Under the pieces are notes generated by a model. The model searched no databases, was not told the origin of the DNA, and worked only from the letters and a program-made list of their open reading frames with translations. Positions 42,660 through 53,201 of a DNA stretch of 64,000 nucleotides are shown one piece after another (positions within the stretch are counted from its first letter, which is position 1; the number at the start of each line of letters is the position of its first letter). Source of the stretch: an uncultured delta proteobacterium (GTDB lineage: Bacteria; Desulfobacterota; Binatia; Binatales; Binataceae); contig CAWHNS010000015.1 in NCBI GenBank assembly GCA_963830715.1, forward strand, positions 3,023 through 67,022, in the 5' to 3' direction. The position numbers and the translations under genes were made by a program.

Positions 42660-43885
42660 ATGCCGGAGATGATTATTCGTAGCACAAAAGCAGCGGCGCT
42701 AAAGCTGACCGGCGGCGCGATGGTCATCGCCTGCCTGGCGGCGAGCCCGATCCAGTTTGCCAACGCGGCCGGGCCACAGGCCGCGATCTGGCCGATGTTC
42801 CACCATGACCGCGCACATTCCGGCCGGAGCCAGTTCCTCATCGGCTCCAATACAGCCGCAAAGAAGTGGCAGACGCCGCTCTTGATTGGCGCTGGGGTGC
42901 CTTCTTCGCCGGCGATTGGCGCAGACGGCACGATCTACGTCGGCTCCCATGACAACAACCTCTATGCTCTCGACCCGGGCGACGGACATATCAAGTGGAA
43001 GTTCAAGACGGGCGGTCCGATTGAATCCTCGCCAGCGATCGGCGCAGACGGTACAATCTACTTCGGCTCGGACGATCACAACCTCTACGCGATCGATTCC
43101 AACGGGAAAGAAAAGTGGGAATTTAGCGCTACCAAGCCCTTCATTTCATCCCCAACTATAGGCTCAGACGGCACAATTTATATTGGCTGCGAGGATTCGG
43201 CAGTTTACGCGCTCATCGACAGAGAGACCGGTGCCCAAAAAAAGTGGAAGTTCACAACTGACGGCTCTGTTTTTTCCTCCCCGGCAATCGGGTCCAACGG
43301 TACTGTCTACGCTGGCTCCGCTGACCATAATCTCTACGCAATCAATTCGAACAACGGCACGCAGAAGTGGAAGTTTCGCGCCGAGGATTTCATCTACTCC
43401 TCGCCCGCGATCGGCGCGGACGGGACGATCTACTTTGCTGTAGGCACGGACCTCTACGCTGTCGCAGATAAGGGAGCTACGGCCAAGCTGAACTGGAAGT
43501 TTATTGGCGCCCAGGCGACTTCCGCCGACCTCCCTTCGTCACCAGCGATCGGCCCCGATGGCACAATTTATTTCGGCGCCGCTAACGGCTACCTTTATGC
43601 GGTACTTCCAAACGGCAGGGCGGGTTGGAGCTTCCACACCGGCGGCGGCATCGAGTCCTCCCCGGCGGTTAGCGCCGACGGCACCGTTTACGTTGGTTCC
43701 GATGACCATAATCTCTACGCGGTTGACGGCCGCTCCGGCACAAGGAAGTGGTCGTTTGCAGCCGGCAGCATAGTGCGATCATCGCCCGCAATCGGAGCGG
43801 ATGGCAGCATCTACTTCTCATCGCATGATGGGAATCTCTCGCATCGACGGGCGCGATCACGTCGGGATCACGATTGGTCACCTTC
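42660..43885 (+). CDS. Secreted PQQ-like beta-propeller protein (8 repeats), 3' end disrupted
   Basis: Signal peptide, WPMFHHD, eight SSP(A/T)(I/V)xxDG(T/S)(I/V)Y-type repeats; frame degenerates after about 43840. Confidence 0.85.
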
Positions 43886-45322
43886 TCACCGCACGCCCGC
43901 CAGCCACGCGAACACCGATGCGGCGGCGTGCTCGCCGCTGGCGATGCAATCCGGGATGCCGACGCCGCGATACGCGGCTCCGCACAGCGTCAGACCGGGC
44001 AACTCGCGCGCGCGGCGCTCGATTTCCACCACGCGCTCCAGATGGCCCACCGCATATTGCGGCATCGACGCGGGCCATCGGCGAACTTCCGTCAGGATCG
44101 GTTCAGCTCGCACGCCGAGCAGCGCGCTCAGTTCTTCGCGAGCCGCAGCGACCATCGCAGCATCGTCGAGTTGCATCATCTGATCCTGCAGCGCGCCTCC
44201 AAGGAAAGTGCGGAGCAGTACGCTTCCCTCGGGCGCGCGTCCTGCGAATTTGACACTCGAAAAGCTGCACGCGATGATCTTGCGCCTCTCCTTGAGCGGT
44301 ACGACAAACCCGAAGGTCTCCGGCATATGTGGAAAATCGTTCGCTCGATAAGCGAAATTCACGGTTGCCGCGGATGAGTAGTCGATAGCGCCGAGGGCCC
44401 GCGCCAGTCCGGCGTCCTGCTTTTGGAGCATCCGCGCCGCAGAGTGAGCCGGGGCCGCGATCACGACCGCGTCGGCCTCGAACTCGCCGCCCGCTTTTAG
44501 CCGCAGTTTCCATCCGGCGCCGCCTGCTCGCGGAGAAATCTCCGCGACTTCGGTTCCGAGCCGAACACATTCGTCCAGCCGCGAGGCGAGCGAATCGACG
44601 AGCGTGCGCATTCCTCCGCGAGGCGTCAGGAACAAGCTCCATCGCGCGCCGCTTGTGCCGGCCGCTTGCAGGCGGTCTCGGTTTGCCGTCTTGAGACCGC
44701 GAATCACGCTGCCGTGGACCCGCTCCATCTCGACGAAGCGCGGCATCGTCGCGCCGAGGCTCAGCCGCTCGGGATCGGCGGTATAGATTCCTCCCGCGAG
44801 CGGCTGTGCGATTCTGTCCAGCACTTCCTTTCCCATCCGGCGCCGGACGAACGAGCCCAGGCTTTCGTCGCCGGCGATGCGCCGGCGCGGAATCAGCGGC
44901 TCGATCGCGAGACGCATCTTGCCGAGCGGACTCAGCAGCGGGCTTCTCATGATCGGACCGAGCCAGGTCGGCGCGACGAGCGAGAAGCCTTCCGGTATTT
45001 CGACCAGCCGGCCGTTGCGGACCACACAGGTCTTGCGAAATTGTTGGTTTGTGCCGATCAGTTCGGCCTCCAGTCCGAGCCGTCTGGCAAGATCCGCCGC
45101 AGCGGGCTTCTCGGACAGGAACGAATCGGCGCCCGTTTCGATCACGAAGCCGTCACGCCGGATCGTGTCCAATGGACCACCCAGGCGATCGCCGCGCTCG
45201 AACAACACGAGTTCGATCGGCGCCTCGCGCGACGCCGCCAGCTCCAGCAGATGAAACGCCGACGCAAGTCCGCTGATTCCGCCCCCGACGATCGCGACCC
45301 GCTTGGGCGAGACTGCGTTCAC
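43886..45322 (-). CDS. hemY: HemY-type (copro/proto)porphyrinogen oxidase
   Basis: VAIVGGGISGL, ETGADSF, GGIYTADP, MPQYAVGH, GVGIPDCI. Confidence 0.92.
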   Translation of the reverse strand: MNAVSPKRVAIVGGGISGLASAFHLLELAASREAPIELVLFERGDRLGGPLDTIRRDGFVIETGADSFLSEKPAAADLARRLGLEAELIGTNQQFRKTCVVRNGRLVEIPEGFSLVAPTWLGPIMRSPLLSPLGKMRLAIEPLIPRRRIAGDESLGSFVRRRMGKEVLDRIAQPLAGGIYTADPERLSLGATMPRFVEMERVHGSVIRGLKTANRDRLQAAGTSGARWSLFLTPRGGMRTLVDSLASRLDECVRLGTEVAEISPRAGGAGWKLRLKAGGEFEADAVVIAAPAHSAARMLQKQDAGLARALGAIDYSSAATVNFAYRANDFPHMPETFGFVVPLKERRKIIACSFSSVKFAGRAPEGSVLLRTFLGGALQDQMMQLDDAAMVAAAREELSALLGVRAEPILTEVRRWPASMPQYAVGHLERVVEIERRARELPGLTLCGAAYRGVGIPDCIASGEHAAASVFAWLAGVR

Positions 45323-46255
45323 GACAGGTACTGCCGAATGACCGATGCCATCATCTGGATGAACAGCGGATGGTCGCCGACGGTCGGCGCGCGCTCGAAG
45401 CGGACGCCCGCCTCGCGCGCGATTCGCGCGACCTCGACGTCGAGGTCGTAGAGCACCTCGACGTGATCGCACAGGAAGCCGATTGGCACGACAACCGCCT
45501 GCCGCGGGCCAAGTTTTCGGATCGCATCGCCGATATCGGGCTCGAGCCACGGCTCGCGCGGATTTCCGCTGCGACTCTGAAACGCGATCATCCAGGACTT
45601 GCGTCCGAACTTGTCTTCGAGCGCATCGGCGACAAGGCGCGCCGAGTCAGTCAACTGATCGACGTATCCGCTGGCAGCGGCCATCGCGACCGGGATGCTA
45701 TGAGCGGTGAAGACCAGATGGGCCCGCGGCCGCTCGGCCGGGTTCAGCCGCTCGATTGCCTCCGAGACGCGCGCGGCGACCGCGCGGATGAACAGCGGAT
45801 GGTCGTGCCACGGGCCGACGTAATCAAACTCCGGCGCCGTCGCACCGGCCTGTTCGCGCGCCTCGCGGACATCTTCCTGGTAGCGCTCCCAACTCGCCTC
45901 GCTGCGATACGCCGCCATGATGAATCCGAACGCGCGCCGGACTCCGCGCGCGGCCATCGCACGCATCGTATCGGCCAGGTACGGATCCCAGTTGCGCATC
46001 CCGACAAACACCGGAATCGCGGCGCCCTCGCGCGCGAGTTCGGCGCGCAGCGCAGCCGCCTGCCTCATCGTCAGTTCGTTGTATGGCGATGCAGCCGCCG
46101 AGATGTTCGTAATGGCGCACGACCGCCTCGTATCGTTCCGTCGGGACCGGCCGCCCGCGCAGCACGTCGTCCAGGAACGGGCGAATCTCCTCCGCGCGAG
46201 TTGGCCCGCCGAAGCCGACCATCAGGATCGCGTCGTAGCGAGGCTCGGAACTCAC
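45319..46255 (-). CDS. hemH: Ferrochelatase, frameshift near 46090
   Basis: FGGP, GMRNWDP, FTAHSIP, FQSRSG, WLEPD, FLCDHVEVLYDLD. Confidence 0.92.
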
Positions 46256-46259
46256 GCCG

Positions 46260-48272
46260 TTATCGCGCGCTCAGCTCGTGGACCGCGTCGACCAGCGCGA
46301 TTACGTGATCGACCGGCGTCTCGGGCAGGATTCCGTGGCCGAGATTGAAGATGTGACCGGGGCGGCCCGCAGCCTTGTTGAGGATAGCCTGCGCGCGCCG
46401 GCGAATCTCTGCGGCGTCGGCGAACAGCGCGATCGGATCGAGATTTCCCTGCACCGCCACGCTGTCGCCCAGGCGCGCCCACGCCTCCGCCAGATCGACC
46501 CGCCAGTCGAGACCGATCACGTCGCCACCCGCCTCGCGCATCAGTTCGAGCAGGTTCCCGGTTATGGTCCCGAAGTGAATCACCGGTACGCCCGGCCTTA
46601 TCGCGGCGATCACCCGAGCCGTATACGGCAGCACGAAGCGGCGATAATCGTCGGGACCAAGGCTTCCGACCCAACTGTCGAACAGTTGCACCAGGTCGGC
46701 GCCGGCCTCGATCTGCATGTTGAGATAGCCGGCGGTGATCGACGCCAGCATCTCCATCAGCCGATGCCAGACCTGGGGTTGCTGGTACATCATGGTCTTG
46801 GTCATCAGGTACTGGCGCGATCCGCCGCCTTCGATCAGGTAGGACGCGAGCGTGAACGGAGCGCCGGCAAATCCGATTAGCGGAACGCGGCCGCTCAGCG
46901 CGGATCGCGAAAGCCGGATTGCCTCGGCGACAAAGCCGAGCGACTCCGCCACCTCGATCGGTGGGATACGCTCGAGATCGGATTGCGTGCGGACCGGCCG
47001 ATCGATCATCGGACCGTCGCCCTGCTCGTAACGAAGTCCCACGCCCATCGGAACCAGCGGCAGCAGGATATCGGCGAAGACGATCGCGGCGTCCACTGCG
47101 AGTCTCTCGACCGCCGTTACCGTCACTTCGGCCGCGACCTCCGGCCGCTCGCACATTTCGAGGAATGAGTAGCGTTCGCGGACGCGCCGATATTCGGGCA
47201 TATAGCGGCCCGCCTGGCGCATCAGCCAGATGGGCGTGTAAGGTGCGGGTTCGCGCCGGCACGCCTTGAGTATCGGATGGTCTCGCAGCGCGAGGCTGTG
47301 ATGCGGAATTTCGGCGGCACTCAACGGAGGGCGGCTGGGTGCGCGCGCCGCGATTTCGATTCGCGCCGCCTGCGCCTCGCGCTTTCGCCTGAGAATCGTG
47401 GTGCTCTTCGAGGCTGCTTCCTTCACCAGATGGCCGAGCTTTGGATGCTCGGGCTCGATATCGACGGCGATTCCGTTCGCGCGCAATTGCTCGGAGCATA
47501 CGGGACCCACCGAGCCGACCACCATCGCGGCAAGCCCTCGCTTGACGGCCTCCGCGAGACCGTCGGCGTCCGCCATCTGCATCACGTTGGTCACCTGGTT
47601 CGAGCTGGTAAAGAGCGCGACGTCGGCCTTGCCACCGGCGATCGCGCGGAGCGCCTCGCGCAGCGGGCCGCGATCCTCCGGCAGGGTCCATCGATAGACC
47701 GGAACGCTCAGGACTTCCGCGCCGCGCGCCTCGAGTCCCGCGACCAGGTCGCGGTTGGCCACACCGTATTCCTGCACGGCGACGCGTTTCGCGGCGAGGT
47801 CCATCCGCGAGGCGAGCGCGATCAGCACTTCGCGCCAGGTGTTGGGTTCCGGAATCACGATCGAGGGTGACACGCCACTCTCTCGCAGCGCCGCCACCGG
47901 CTTCGGTCCCCTTGCCACGGTGATCGTGCGCGCAAGCGCGGCGGCGATCGCGGCCCACGGATGGCGCGTCTCGGCAACGCGCAACAGCGCGCGCGTGCCG
48001 ACTCCGGTCAGGAAAATCACCACGTCGATCCGGCCGGCGAGCAGGCGCTCGGCGAAGTCGAGGGCTTGCGGATTGTCGTCGATCGGAATTTCGCGCATCG
48101 AGGGCGCCACGATCGCGACGCCCCCCTGGCGCTCGATCATCGCCGCAACCTCGGTCGCCATCCGGCTCTCGAACGCGATCACGCGAAGCCCGGAAAATCC
48201 GATCGCGCTTTCCGCCCGACTGCCCTGCGCCTGCGAATCTATTGAGGGAGGCACACGTCTGTCCCGAATCAT
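46260..48272 (-). CDS. hemE: Fused uroporphyrinogen-III synthase (HemD) / uroporphyrinogen decarboxylase (HemE)
   Basis: N-half FESR...LTGVG...ARGPKP...VYRW...FTSS (HemD); C-half WLMRQAGRY, GFAGAPFT, FNLGHG (HemE); single continuous ORF. Confidence 0.9.
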   Translation of the reverse strand: MIRDRRVPPSIDSQAQGSRAESAIGFSGLRVIAFESRMATEVAAMIERQGGVAIVAPSMREIPIDDNPQALDFAERLLAGRIDVVIFLTGVGTRALLRVAETRHPWAAIAAALARTITVARGPKPVAALRESGVSPSIVIPEPNTWREVLIALASRMDLAAKRVAVQEYGVANRDLVAGLEARGAEVLSVPVYRWTLPEDRGPLREALRAIAGGKADVALFTSSNQVTNVMQMADADGLAEAVKRGLAAMVVGSVGPVCSEQLRANGIAVDIEPEHPKLGHLVKEAASKSTTILRRKREAQAARIEIAARAPSRPPLSAAEIPHHSLALRDHPILKACRREPAPYTPIWLMRQAGRYMPEYRRVRERYSFLEMCERPEVAAEVTVTAVERLAVDAAIVFADILLPLVPMGVGLRYEQGDGPMIDRPVRTQSDLERIPPIEVAESLGFVAEAIRLSRSALSGRVPLIGFAGAPFTLASYLIEGGGSRQYLMTKTMMYQQPQVWHRLMEMLASITAGYLNMQIEAGADLVQLFDSWVGSLGPDDYRRFVLPYTARVIAAIRPGVPVIHFGTITGNLLELMREAGGDVIGLDWRVDLAEAWARLGDSVAVQGNLDPIALFADAAEIRRRAQAILNKAAGRPGHIFNLGHGILPETPVDHVIALVDAVHELSAR

Positions 48273-48380
48273 CTTGCCGCGCCGCCGCCCGCGGTGTCCA
48301 CCAGGCAGTCTTCCGGTTGGCGCGGCGACTCTGATCCTCGCACAGTCCTTCGACGCGGTGCGGCGAGAGCTACGCGCCGG

Positions 48381-48626
48381 CTACTTCGGGTGCGAGCGGA
48401 TGGTGCGCAGCGTATAAACGTCGCCTTCGATAGTGAAGTAGAATCGCCAATCGTCGTTGACGCGGGCCTGCCAAAGGCCCCGGGCTTGGTCATACTTTTT
48501 AGCCCGAAGAGACGCGTGCCGGAGGTCGTCGGCCAGAAACGCAAGCTGCTTGCGAAAGGACCGCTGGACGTTGAGCGGGGCCGCGTCGAGCTGGCGGACA
48601 AATTTAGCGGTGAAGCGTGCGCGCAC
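48381..48626 (-). CDS. RelE/ParE-superfamily toxin
   Basis: FTAKFVRQL...HASLRAKK...WQARVNDDWRFYF. Confidence 0.75.
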   Translation of the reverse strand: MRARFTAKFVRQLDAAPLNVQRSFRKQLAFLADDLRHASLRAKKYDQARGLWQARVNDDWRFYFTIEGDVYTLRTIRSHPK

Positions 48627-48997
48627 GGGATCCGCCGCTATGGGCAGCGCGTCGTGCGCGCGAACTGGCCCTGGGCTTCCCCCCCTCATCGGAGCCGCTG
48701 CCCGTCATTCTGGCCCGCCTGCGTTCTTGCTTGAGGGCTTCGTCGAGTCCTCTAAGTGCGTCCTTCGCATCGTATGGACCGTACACGCGGCCCGCCTTGA
48801 TGTCTGCTTCGGCTTCGGCGAGGTCACGCTCCAGCTCGGGGTCGCGGTCCACGAGTATCTTGGGGAGGAGCACGACGTGACGAGCAGGCCACACGGACTT
48901 CGAGCAGGTCGCCGGTCTCAAGTTTGAGCGCTTCGCGTACCGGCTTCGGGATGGTCACCTGGTATTTGGGGCCGAGCTTGGTGATTTCTGCGCGCAT
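48604..48997 (-). CDS. AbrB/MazE-type antitoxin, frameshift near 48885
   Basis: MRAEITKLGPKYQVTIPKPVREALKLETGDLLEV + EAEADIKAGRVYGPY. Confidence 0.78.
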
Positions 48998-48999
48998 GA

Positions 49000-49031
49000 C
49001 CCTACTGTAGGGACGTAGGGGAATCTGTCAA
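49000..49031 (-). promoter_or_regulatory. TA promoter with palindromic operator, probably leaderless
   Basis: TTGACA-16 nt-TACAGT, 6 nt before the ATG; palindrome CCCTAC-T-GTAGGG at 49000-49012. Confidence 0.65.
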
Positions 49032-49159
49032 GACGGTATTGAGAGGCCGCGCCGCTTGCCGCGCTATGAGCAGCAGGTATTGTCCCGACCCTGCATGCCT
49101 CTCGACCGCTTCATCTTGCGCTACCGCTGTGTTAGCTGTGGCGGTCGGAGGTTCCGCTT

Positions 49160-49933
49160 ATGCCTGAGCCGGTCGTGAAGGTCGCGAAGGAGAACATCGC
49201 AACGGTGACGCTCAACCGTCCCGAAAAATTGAACGCGCTCAATCGCGAGATGCGCTCGGCGTTCTGCCACGCGATGCAGGAGTTGCGCGCCGACCACGAG
49301 ACCGGCGTCGTGATAATTACCGGCGCCGGACGCGGCTTCTGCGCCGGGCTGGACCTTAAGGAGATCAGCTCCACCAGCCTGCGCGAGACCGGCAACGTCA
49401 CGTTCATCTCGGTGATCGAAGATATGGAAGTTCCGGTGATCGCGGCGGTCAACGGCTATGCGGTGACGGGCGGGCTGGAGCTGGCGCTCGCCTGCGACAT
49501 GATAGTGGCCGCCGACTCCGCTCAGTTCGCCGACACGCACGCGCGAGTCGGCGTGATGCCGGGGGGCGGGATGGCGGCGCGGCTGCCCCGCGCGGTCGGG
49601 ATCCGCAAAGCCAAGGAGCTTTCGCTGACCGGCAACTACCTGAGCGCCCGCGAGGCCGAGCGGCTCGGGCTCGTCAATCGAGTCGTGCCGGGCGCCGAAT
49701 TGATGAAGGCGGCGAGCGAGCTGGCCGGCCAGATCCTCAGCGCCGATCAGAACGTCGTGCGCCAGATGAAGCGGCTGATCGACCTGGCGTCGCAATCCTC
49801 GATGGGCGAGGGACTACGAATCGAACGGGACTTTTTCAGCGCCTACAATCACAGCGATCGCGCGCGGCAAGCCGGGGAACGCCGCGAGTCCGTGATCGAG
49901 CGCGGCCGGACGCAAACCTCCGGCAGGAACTAG
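49160..49933 (+). CDS. Enoyl-CoA hydratase/isomerase family protein
   Basis: LNRPEKLNAL, FCAGLDL, AVNGYAVTGGLELALACD, FADTH. Confidence 0.92.
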   Translation: MPEPVVKVAKENIATVTLNRPEKLNALNREMRSAFCHAMQELRADHETGVVIITGAGRGFCAGLDLKEISSTSLRETGNVTFISVIEDMEVPVIAAVNGYAVTGGLELALACDMIVAADSAQFADTHARVGVMPGGGMAARLPRAVGIRKAKELSLTGNYLSAREAERLGLVNRVVPGAELMKAASELAGQILSADQNVVRQMKRLIDLASQSSMGEGLRIERDFFSAYNHSDRARQAGERRESVIERGRTQTSGRN

Positions 49934-49991
49934 CTCCGCCCCGGCGAGGGTCAGCGGATCTCGACGGCTTCGACCGAAAGGAACAAGCACC

Positions 49992-50819
49992 ATGAAGATG
50001 AGCACCAGGACGAGAATCAAGACGAAAATGTCACTCGGCACTCTGACCGCAATCGGAGTAGCAGTTGCCGCAGTCGCGATCTTATCGCATCGGCAGGCGC
50101 TGGCGGAGGTGGCACACGTCGCCGCGATTCCCGATTCGCAGATTCCGGCCGCGATCAAGGCCGCGGTCAGCGCGCCCGATCGTTCGGATGCGGACAAGGC
50201 GCTGGACGCCGGGCGCCAGCCGGCGCAGACGCTGGCGTTCTTCGGCATCGCGCCGGGTATGAAGGTCGCTGACTTGTTCGCGGGTGGCGGCTATACAACC
50301 GAATTGCTGGCGCGGGTGGTTGGTCCGGAAGGCAAGGTCTACTCACAGAACGGCGACTTCCCTCCCAAGTACAAGAAAATCGAAACCGCCTGGAAGGATC
50401 GCCTCAAGAAGCCGGCGCTATCCAACGTGGTCGCCGTGAGCAAGCCGTTCACTGCGGACGACCTGTTGCCGGTCGCGCCCGGATCGCTCGACGCCGTCCT
50501 GATCAATCTGAACTATCATGACCTGGTGGGCTTCGGAGTCGATCGAGACAAGATCAACGCGCAGGTCATGAGAGCGCTCAAGCCCGGCGGTGTTTACGGA
50601 ATCGTGGATCACAGCGCGCAGGTCGGCTCGGGTATCCGGGACGTCAGCACGCTCCATCGAATCGACGAGAACTTCCTGATCAAGGAAGTCGAGAAAGCGG
50701 GGTTCAAGCTCGCCGCGACCGATGACGCGCTGCGTCATCCGGAAGACGATCGCACCTGGTTCGTGTTCGAGCATCGCGGCGCGACCGACCGCTTCATACT
50801 GAAATTCGTGAAGCCGTAA
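49992..50819 (+). CDS. Exported SAM-dependent methyltransferase-like protein
   Basis: Signal peptide; VADLFAGGGYTTELL, NYHDL, LKPGG, LHRID. Confidence 0.8.
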   Translation: MKMSTRTRIKTKMSLGTLTAIGVAVAAVAILSHRQALAEVAHVAAIPDSQIPAAIKAAVSAPDRSDADKALDAGRQPAQTLAFFGIAPGMKVADLFAGGGYTTELLARVVGPEGKVYSQNGDFPPKYKKIETAWKDRLKKPALSNVVAVSKPFTADDLLPVAPGSLDAVLINLNYHDLVGFGVDRDKINAQVMRALKPGGVYGIVDHSAQVGSGIRDVSTLHRIDENFLIKEVEKAGFKLAATDDALRHPEDDRTWFVFEHRGATDRFILKFVKP

Positions 50820-50851
50820 GCGCGAGAATGTTAGCGTCGGGACGCTACGCT

Positions 50852-51865
50852 CTAGGTCCCGTGACTTACCACCCTGCGATGCTGGCCCCGTGACGATACT
50901 CGCCTGAGCGAGGAATGCCTTGATCTGCGCGCGGGCGCGAGCACGCGGACCACTTTGGGCGGCGGCGCGCTCTCGCTCGCGATTCCCGGAAAGTACTTGT
51001 CCTCGTAACGATGGACCTGAAGGGCGGCGAGGAATTCGGGGTAGTAGTTGCGCGCCGCGAACCCGAATCGGGGTCCGCGGTAGCGCTCGAAGACCCGCTC
51101 GTAGTCGTGTCCGTTTTCGGCTGCGGCACGCGCCATCCCGGCGGTTCCGTAATTGTAAGCGGTTATCGCGAGCGGCCAGTCGCCGAGCACGTCGTAGTTG
51201 TAGCGCAGGAACCTGGCCGCGGCCTGCGTTTCGAGCGTCGGGTTGAGCCGTTCGTCATTGCGCCGCGTGATTCGCAGATACTGGCGGCCCGTCCCGCGCG
51301 TGAATTGCCAGATTCCGACCGCGCCCGCGCTCGAACGCGCGCCCGAGTAAAATCCGGATTCGACCGACGCCAGAGTGACGAGTTCCGGGGGCACGCCAAA
51401 GGTCCTGAAGATTCGCTCCATCGTCGGATAATAGTAGCGGCTCCTGAGCAATCCTTCCTTGAAGCGTTCGCCGAGCCCTTGCTGGATGCGGAGGTTGTCC
51501 GCAGCCAGTGCGTAAGCCGCGAGCGGCTCGCCCTTGAATAATGCGGCAACGTCGCGCTCCTCGTACGACGCCGGCTGGCATCCGGCGGCCAGGCGGTTCA
51601 GCATATCCGCATATTTGGCGCGCATGTACGCGTGGACCCAGTCGACCTCTTCGCGGGTAGGTGTGCCGGAGCCGGGAAGATGAAAGACCTGATACACCCG
51701 CCAGATTTGGTCGCGATCATGAACGACAAAATCACGCTCCGAGTATTCGGTGAAGACCTTGACCCAGAACGAGATGTTCGGCTCGAGCGCTACGGGCCGG
51801 CTGAACGGGAGCTGGGTTCCGGCCCGCGCCCCGGATGAAACCAGGAGAACGATCGAAAGGGCCAT
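50852..51865 (-). CDS. Lytic transglycosylase (MltD-like SLT domain)
   Basis: VESGF, SSAGAVGIWQF, WPLAITAYNYG. Confidence 0.88.
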   Translation of the reverse strand: MALSIVLLVSSGARAGTQLPFSRPVALEPNISFWVKVFTEYSERDFVVHDRDQIWRVYQVFHLPGSGTPTREEVDWVHAYMRAKYADMLNRLAAGCQPASYEERDVAALFKGEPLAAYALAADNLRIQQGLGERFKEGLLRSRYYYPTMERIFRTFGVPPELVTLASVESGFYSGARSSAGAVGIWQFTRGTGRQYLRITRRNDERLNPTLETQAAARFLRYNYDVLGDWPLAITAYNYGTAGMARAAAENGHDYERVFERYRGPRFGFAARNYYPEFLAALQVHRYEDKYFPGIASESAPPPKVVRVLAPARRSRHSSLRRVSSRGQHRRVVSHGT

Positions 51866-52049
51866 CGCGCCCGAAAGGAGCGAACCGATGGCGCGCTCAC
51901 CTGAAGAGACTCGACCCGCCTTCACCGACGTTGCAATCGTCTCCGCTCTGCCGGGCCAAAAAAGGCGCCGGCTCCCCGCTGCCTCGGCCGCCTTCTCCCC
52001 TGAAATCTCCCCCACTATCGGATACTGGCCTTTGATAGTCAACAAAATC

Positions 52050-53108
52050 ATGGGTAGTGTGCGCTACATATTGGCGGATTCACGGGCAACTCCGATCGTC
52101 CCACGGCGCCGCGGCCTCACGATTGGCCTGACCGCGGTTGCGGCCCTGCTGCTCCATTGCGCCTCGTGTTCGCGGCATGAGGCTTCGGATGGTCCGTCGC
52201 CGGCCCTGAGGGTCGCCCTGCTGACCCCCGGGCCGGTGAGCGATGCGGGGTGGAACGCTGCGGCCTTCGACGGCCTGCAGCTGATCAAGGGCCAGCTCGG
52301 CGCGGAGACCGCGATGGTGCAGACCACGTCACCGGCCGACTTCGAGGATGCTTTTCGCGATTTCGGCTCGCGCGGCTTCAATCTGATTTTCGCCCACGGC
52401 TTCGAGTACACCGACGCCGCCCTCAAGGTCGCGAAGTTCTTCCCGCAGACGTTCTTCGTAGTCACCTCGGGCAGTGGTTCCTCGGCGAATGTTGCGTCGC
52501 TGACCTTCAAAATTGAGGAAGCCGCCTATGTCGAGGGAGTGATCGCGGGCGTGCTCTCGAAGACCGGCGTGGTCGGCGCGGTCGGCGGAATCGAGCTGCC
52601 GGCAATCCGGCTGACCTTCGAGGGCTTCAAGCGCGGCTTTCGTTCAGTCCGGCCGGACGGCCGGGTGCTGGTGAGCTTCATCGGCAGCTTCGAGGACGTG
52701 GGCGCTGCGAAGGAGGCCGCCCTGGCGCAGATAAGCCAGGGCGCCGACCTGCTGTTCCACAACGCCGACGCCGCCGGCCTCGGCGTCTTCCAGGCCGCCG
52801 GACAGGCGCACATCTTCGCCTTCGGCGCCAACCGCAATCAGAACGACGTCGCGCCGGACGTGGTCCTGGCGAGCGCCGTCACCGACATCCCGCAGGCTTT
52901 CCTCAAAATCGCGGAGCAAGTGAAGGACAAGACGTTTCATCCCGCGATGCTGGAGTTCGGGATGAAGGACGGGATGGTGGGCGTGGTGATGAATCCTCGG
53001 CTGGCCAATCGCCTCCCGGCCGCAGCACTCAAGCTGGCGCACGAGTCGGAAGACCAGATCATGAGCGGGAAGATCACCTTCGATTCGAGGATGCCGGCGG
53101 GCGGGTAG
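52050..53108 (+). CDS. BMP family substrate-binding lipoprotein
   Basis: DAGWN, AHGFEY, GAVGG, GADLLF; no permease or ATPase genes adjacent. Confidence 0.87.
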   Translation: MGSVRYILADSRATPIVPRRRGLTIGLTAVAALLLHCASCSRHEASDGPSPALRVALLTPGPVSDAGWNAAAFDGLQLIKGQLGAETAMVQTTSPADFEDAFRDFGSRGFNLIFAHGFEYTDAALKVAKFFPQTFFVVTSGSGSSANVASLTFKIEEAAYVEGVIAGVLSKTGVVGAVGGIELPAIRLTFEGFKRGFRSVRPDGRVLVSFIGSFEDVGAAKEAALAQISQGADLLFHNADAAGLGVFQAAGQAHIFAFGANRNQNDVAPDVVLASAVTDIPQAFLKIAEQVKDKTFHPAMLEFGMKDGMVGVVMNPRLANRLPAAALKLAHESEDQIMSGKITFDSRMPAGG

Positions 53109-53201
53109 CCCGCTGCGCCCCGGGCTTCCGCCCGTTTGATTGGCTCTTCGCGGCCTGTCTAAACTAATCGTAGCATTTAGCTACGAATTGGTGAGGCATC
53201 G

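Noticed and set aside
52053-52072. GGTAGTGTGCG as another IS1-type terminus
   Set aside because: Only 8 bases match and the CAGTTTG core is absent.
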